Positions 59,481 through 64,000 of a DNA stretch of 64,000 nt are shown here, one piece after another. The notes under the pieces are model-generated. The model was not told where the DNA came from. It worked only from the letters and a program-made list of their open reading frames with translations, and did no database searches. A program made the translations under genes and the position numbers. Source of the DNA: Utricularia gibba (Eukaryota; Plantae; Magnoliophyta); NCBI GenBank assembly GCA_002189035.1, contig NEEC01000013.1, positions 1,178,001 to 1,242,000 on the forward strand, read 5' to 3'. Within the stretch, counting starts at the first letter, position 1. Each line of letters opens with the position of its first letter.

Positions 59481-61270
59481 TCTCAACAACTCCGCTATCA
59501 AAGACCGGAATCATCCAATTTCAAAACTTGCAGCAGTTCTGCAGACACAGACCATACCAAAACCAAATTATGGGGATCCTGTTTCATCAGATTGAAAGCT
59601 CTTCTAACTACAGAAAGAAGGCTTGGATTTACAAAGATATGTCAAAAAAATTATTATGCAACAAAAAAAGGAAGCACTCGAGCAATTCAGGATGCTACAT
59701 TTAAGATGAAAACAAGGATCGAAAAAAAAAACCATACATGCATACATTTCGCAGCAGACCCGCAATCTCAAATTCATTTCACCATTCTGCAGATTCTGTT
59801 CCGTAAATAGAAGACTTCTATTACGCAAGAAAGAAATCATACAAATGTAAAGGAAAAGATATTCGGTCCGCTCAATGAGAAAACGAATAGCTTCAGATGC
59901 ATGACACTTTCCAGCCCTTCTCGCGTCAACTCAGTCCATTCTAAACATAACATGCGACACGATCATATTCTAGGGAAAAGGCACAAAATTAGAAGCCAAA
60001 AGCGAAAGCAAGGCACACCGCGAACAACGAGAAATAGCAGGCGATCTCTACCACCGACTGCCAAACTCGGATCAGTGGAATGCAGATCCAAATTCACACA
60101 TCCAGTCTCCTATTGCACACGCCTGAGAACGAATTCACCACAGTGTCGCACGTGTTTCCCCGACAAAACAACTCATCTCCAACCAAACAAAGAACACGTA
60201 CCCACCCTCCGCATTCACATATCAGCCAAGACGGACAACGACGACGCCTGCACGACACTGCCGACGTTAACGGCGGGAGCCAAAGATCGCCGGGCCGGAG
60301 AGGAGAACCGGTGGATCCAACATACAAACTAGGCGGAAAAAAGTAGGCTCTTTTGTGCACAGATACTATTTAAAGCTGTCGCCTCGCCTCATTAAATGAA
60401 GAATCATATTATCAAAACCTCGTTATTTTTTGTAGCCAGCCTCCCACCCATGAAACTATTGTTTTAAATCCACCCGTTAACCGTCGGTCGGAACCGAGTT
60501 AACACATACCCGAAAAAAAAACGGGTCGGATGACTATAAAATTATCAAATCATTCTTATTATTTATTTTATTTAACTTTATTATTATTTTTATCATGATT
60601 ATTTCATGTGTTATTAATTTTAAGTTAAAATTAAATTTTATTATTATATTATATTCATTTTTAGTTTTTATTAAAAAAATCAATTTATACTTTATACAAC
60701 AATATTTAAAATATCTTTTTTTTAACAAATGAGTGAATTGGTTCACTAGGAACCATCACAAAAATGGTCCCGATTATACATTCGAGTTTAAAACCTAGTT
60801 ATGATAACCTCCCACTCCTTCTCATTTTGTTATTATTATTTTTTTATCATGATTTATAAAATATTTATTAATTTTTTAATTATATTATTAAGCTCAAATG
60901 AATTTTAATTAACATTTTCAAGTAGAATTAAATTTATTATTTATTAAAATAGGCGAATTAAGTAATATACAGAGGTTGAAAGGCTAGATGAGTAAGTAGC
61001 GGAGAACGAGGTTGTTGGGTTATTTTAATAGCTAAGAGCATTAATTAGGTCGTCAATAGGGGTTAGTCTATGCCATGCCAATGCTGTTTTAATTAATGGG
61101 CTACTAATCAGATCGCTAATCATTCTTAGAGCTGCTCTATGAGAAAACCGGACGCGCGGGCCGGGTCGGGGCGGTACGATGTTATTTGTAGATTTGGACC
61201 ACTTACTGACCTACGGATTTCCTAGGTTTTTTTTTTTTTTTTTTTTTGGGTTCAGGCGGAAGGCGGAGCT

Positions 61271-62993
61271 ATGGCGGCGGAGATTCAGCGGGAAAAATCT
61301 CTTCAGTCAATCCGCTACAACCGTGGCTCGCTGCAGTTGCTCGATCAGGTTCTTCAACTGCAACTTTCTTCTTTCGGGTATTTCTGAAGGTAAATTTATA
61401 TAATCAAAGAAGTACACCTGCGAGCAGAGGAAGCTTCCGCTCGAGACGATTTATCTGGAGATCAAGAATTCAGAAGACGGATGGTGAGGAATTCTGATCC
61501 GGAATCGTTTTTGCATGGATTCTGTTAGATTTTGTGATTTTCATGATGATTTGGTTAATTAGGGACGCCATTAAGGAGATGGTGGTTCGTGGGGCGCCAG
61601 CGATCGCCATTGCCGCTGCTCTATCTCTAGCGGTTGAGGTTTCTGGATTGCAAGGGTTTTCTGGGGATTCTAAGACTGCAGCTTCGTTTATTTATCAGAA
61701 ATTAGACTATCTCGTCACCAGGTTCTTACCCTTGTCGCTTGTCAGCAATCTTCTAGCTACTTCTCTTCTTCGTCTGCTAATGCTGAGAACACTCGTGCTG
61801 CGAAATCAGCCGTCCAACGGCTGTCAATCTTTCAGATGCTGCGAATAAACTTAAGGATATTGTTCGCAATGTCGAAGCAACTGCTTCTGATGCCCAATCT
61901 GTATTCATAGTGAGGAGCTTTCTAGTCTGTCAACAGTGAAAAAAATCCTACTTGGCAGCCCTAACTTGACGTCTGTAGGCTTATGTTGAAGCTGCTGAAT
62001 TCATGCTTGAAGATGATGTTGCTTCCAATGTAGCAATCGGAAATCATGGAGCCGAGTTCCTTCAGAAGCAACACCGTGATCACCGGGCAATGTCTCTTCT
62101 AACTCACTGCAACACTGGCAGGTATTCACTTCTCCTTCTCCAAAAGAAGATTTTGGGGTTTTACCTGAACATTTCTTATAGCTTAGCAACTGCTGGATAC
62201 GGAACTGCACTCGGCGTGATTCGCTCACTTCATGAGATGGGTGCTTTGGAAAGAGCTTACTGCACGGAAACACGGCCTTACAACCAAGTGAGTGCACCAG
62301 ATGATGGGTTGTCATTGTAGCTGAAGATGGTCCATCAAACTGATAATGGTGGTTCTCAGGGTTCAAGATTGACAGCTTTTGAGTTAGTGCATGACAAGAT
62401 ACCAGCTACCCTGATTGCCGATTCTGCTGCAGCAGCGTTGATGCAGGCCGGGCGGGTTAATGCGGTGGTCGTGGGAGCAGACCGCGTAGCAGCCAATGGT
62501 ACCACCTATTTGAACCTGTTGTGAAACCTCTCAACAAGCTTGCATACCATGTCTCCATCGCTTTGCAGGCGACACCGCCAACAAGATTGGGACTTACAGT
62601 CTGGCAATTGTAGCTGCTCACCATGGTATCCCGTTTTACGTAGCGGCTCCTTTCACCTCCATAGATCTTTCCCTTCCTTCTGGTCAAGAAATCGTCATAG
62701 AAGAAAGATCTGCAAAGGAGCTTCTAAATTCCCGTGGAGGACTTGGAGAGCAAGTCGCAGCTTCGGGGATTTCTGTTTGGAACCCCGCCTTCGATGTCAC
62801 CCCAGCCTCTTTGATCACCGGTATCATCACTGAAAGGGTACGAGCTTTAACCTCATGTCGTTATGCATCCACCAATGGTGATTCCATTACCTAGCACCCA
62901 GTTAACATTTCTTGGTTCCAGGGTGTTGTGACGAAGGATGGTTCAGAATCGCTAGACATCAAAAGCTTCGTTGCCAAGTCGAAGTCCAGTTGA
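61271..62993 (+). CDS. MTI1: Methylthioribose-1-phosphate isomerase (Met salvage; eIF2B-like fold)
   Basis: [82 protein letters not shown] and NPAFDVTP. Confidence 0.96.
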
Positions 62994-63355
62994 CACTGAA
63001 TTGTCAAGGCCGTTTGAGAGGCTGCTTCGGGTTTTGACTGTGTTCTGTAATAAGCTATCTGTAACTTTGCATTCAATCAATAAAGCTGTGGAGCACATGT
63101 CCGCAGGTGCTGCTGCTACATGCAACTTATCATCTTGTTCTCCAGTTTAAACCATGGCAGTTGGATAATTCTTTTGAAACCAGTAATAGTGAACAATTGG
63201 CTACTCAAAGTGCATGTTTCATGAAACGAAAACAACAAATACGCAGTTTCAGAAAGAAAACATGGAGACTTTTGTCAAATGATAACTAAAAGAACCCAGA
63301 TTCAGAAGCATGACACATCCCTCTCACGAAATTTGGGAAGCAGCTTGCTCTTGGA

Positions 63356-63791
<436 letters not shown>

Positions 63792-63806
63792 TCGCGGAGG
63801 CAGCCG

Positions 63807-63906
63807 AAACCCTAGAGAAAATGCAGCAAGAGTAAAGAAGCACTAGCAATTCACAAATCAGGTGCAAAACGGCTCAAGTTACAAATCTCTAATTGGGCCG
63901 GGCCCA
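63807..63906 (-). promoter_or_regulatory. RPS29 telo-box and site II elements
   Basis: AAACCCTA at 63807-63814, TGGGCC at 63894-63899 and GGCCCA at 63901-63906. Confidence 0.7.
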
Positions 63907-64000
63907 TTAAAATATCTTCCCGGCGCCCATTTTGGACTGTAATGGCTTATAAAGCTAAAAATTTAATTATAAAAAAGAATATGTGATTAAATAAAAAAAT

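Overview
Gene-dense nuclear DNA from a eudicot plant with short introns. The ROS3-like protein reads asterid/Lamiales-like, so a compact-genome Lamiales species is inferred but not proven. I can support 22 protein-coding genes: DEG14 (partial), RALF, an SR/K-rich protein, SHT, ARF19/ARF7-like, Aha1-N, ROS3, GH17 glucanase, GH28 polygalacturonase, JAZ, a plant-specific unknown, an HMA protein, SMU2/RED, mitochondrial MaoC dehydratase, VAC14, an ankyrin-TM protein, cupin DUF985, LAZ1-like, a PPR, TBL, MTI1 and RPS29. There is also a MIR164 hairpin, a Tourist-like MITE and microsatellites. I saw no CRISPR array, tRNA or rRNA. Main leads: (1) an unannotated, probably non-coding minus-strand unit at about 4.9-5.6 kb with telo-box/site II/TATA promoter and H/ACA-snoRNA-like hairpins, converging on MIR164; (2) an mtFAS dehydratase whose promoter lies inside the SMU2 3' UTR, so a bicistronic transcript is possible; (3) a JAZ with a variant TIFY motif and degron; (4) a candidate U12 intron and a GC-AG intron in DEG14; (5) a candidate 43-aa secreted peptide. 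Six genes each lack exactly one base in a homopolymer run, which most likely reflects assembly error rather than pseudogenisation. The polygalacturonase also lacks a splice donor. Family assignments come from my recall of homologous sequences; no database searches were run.
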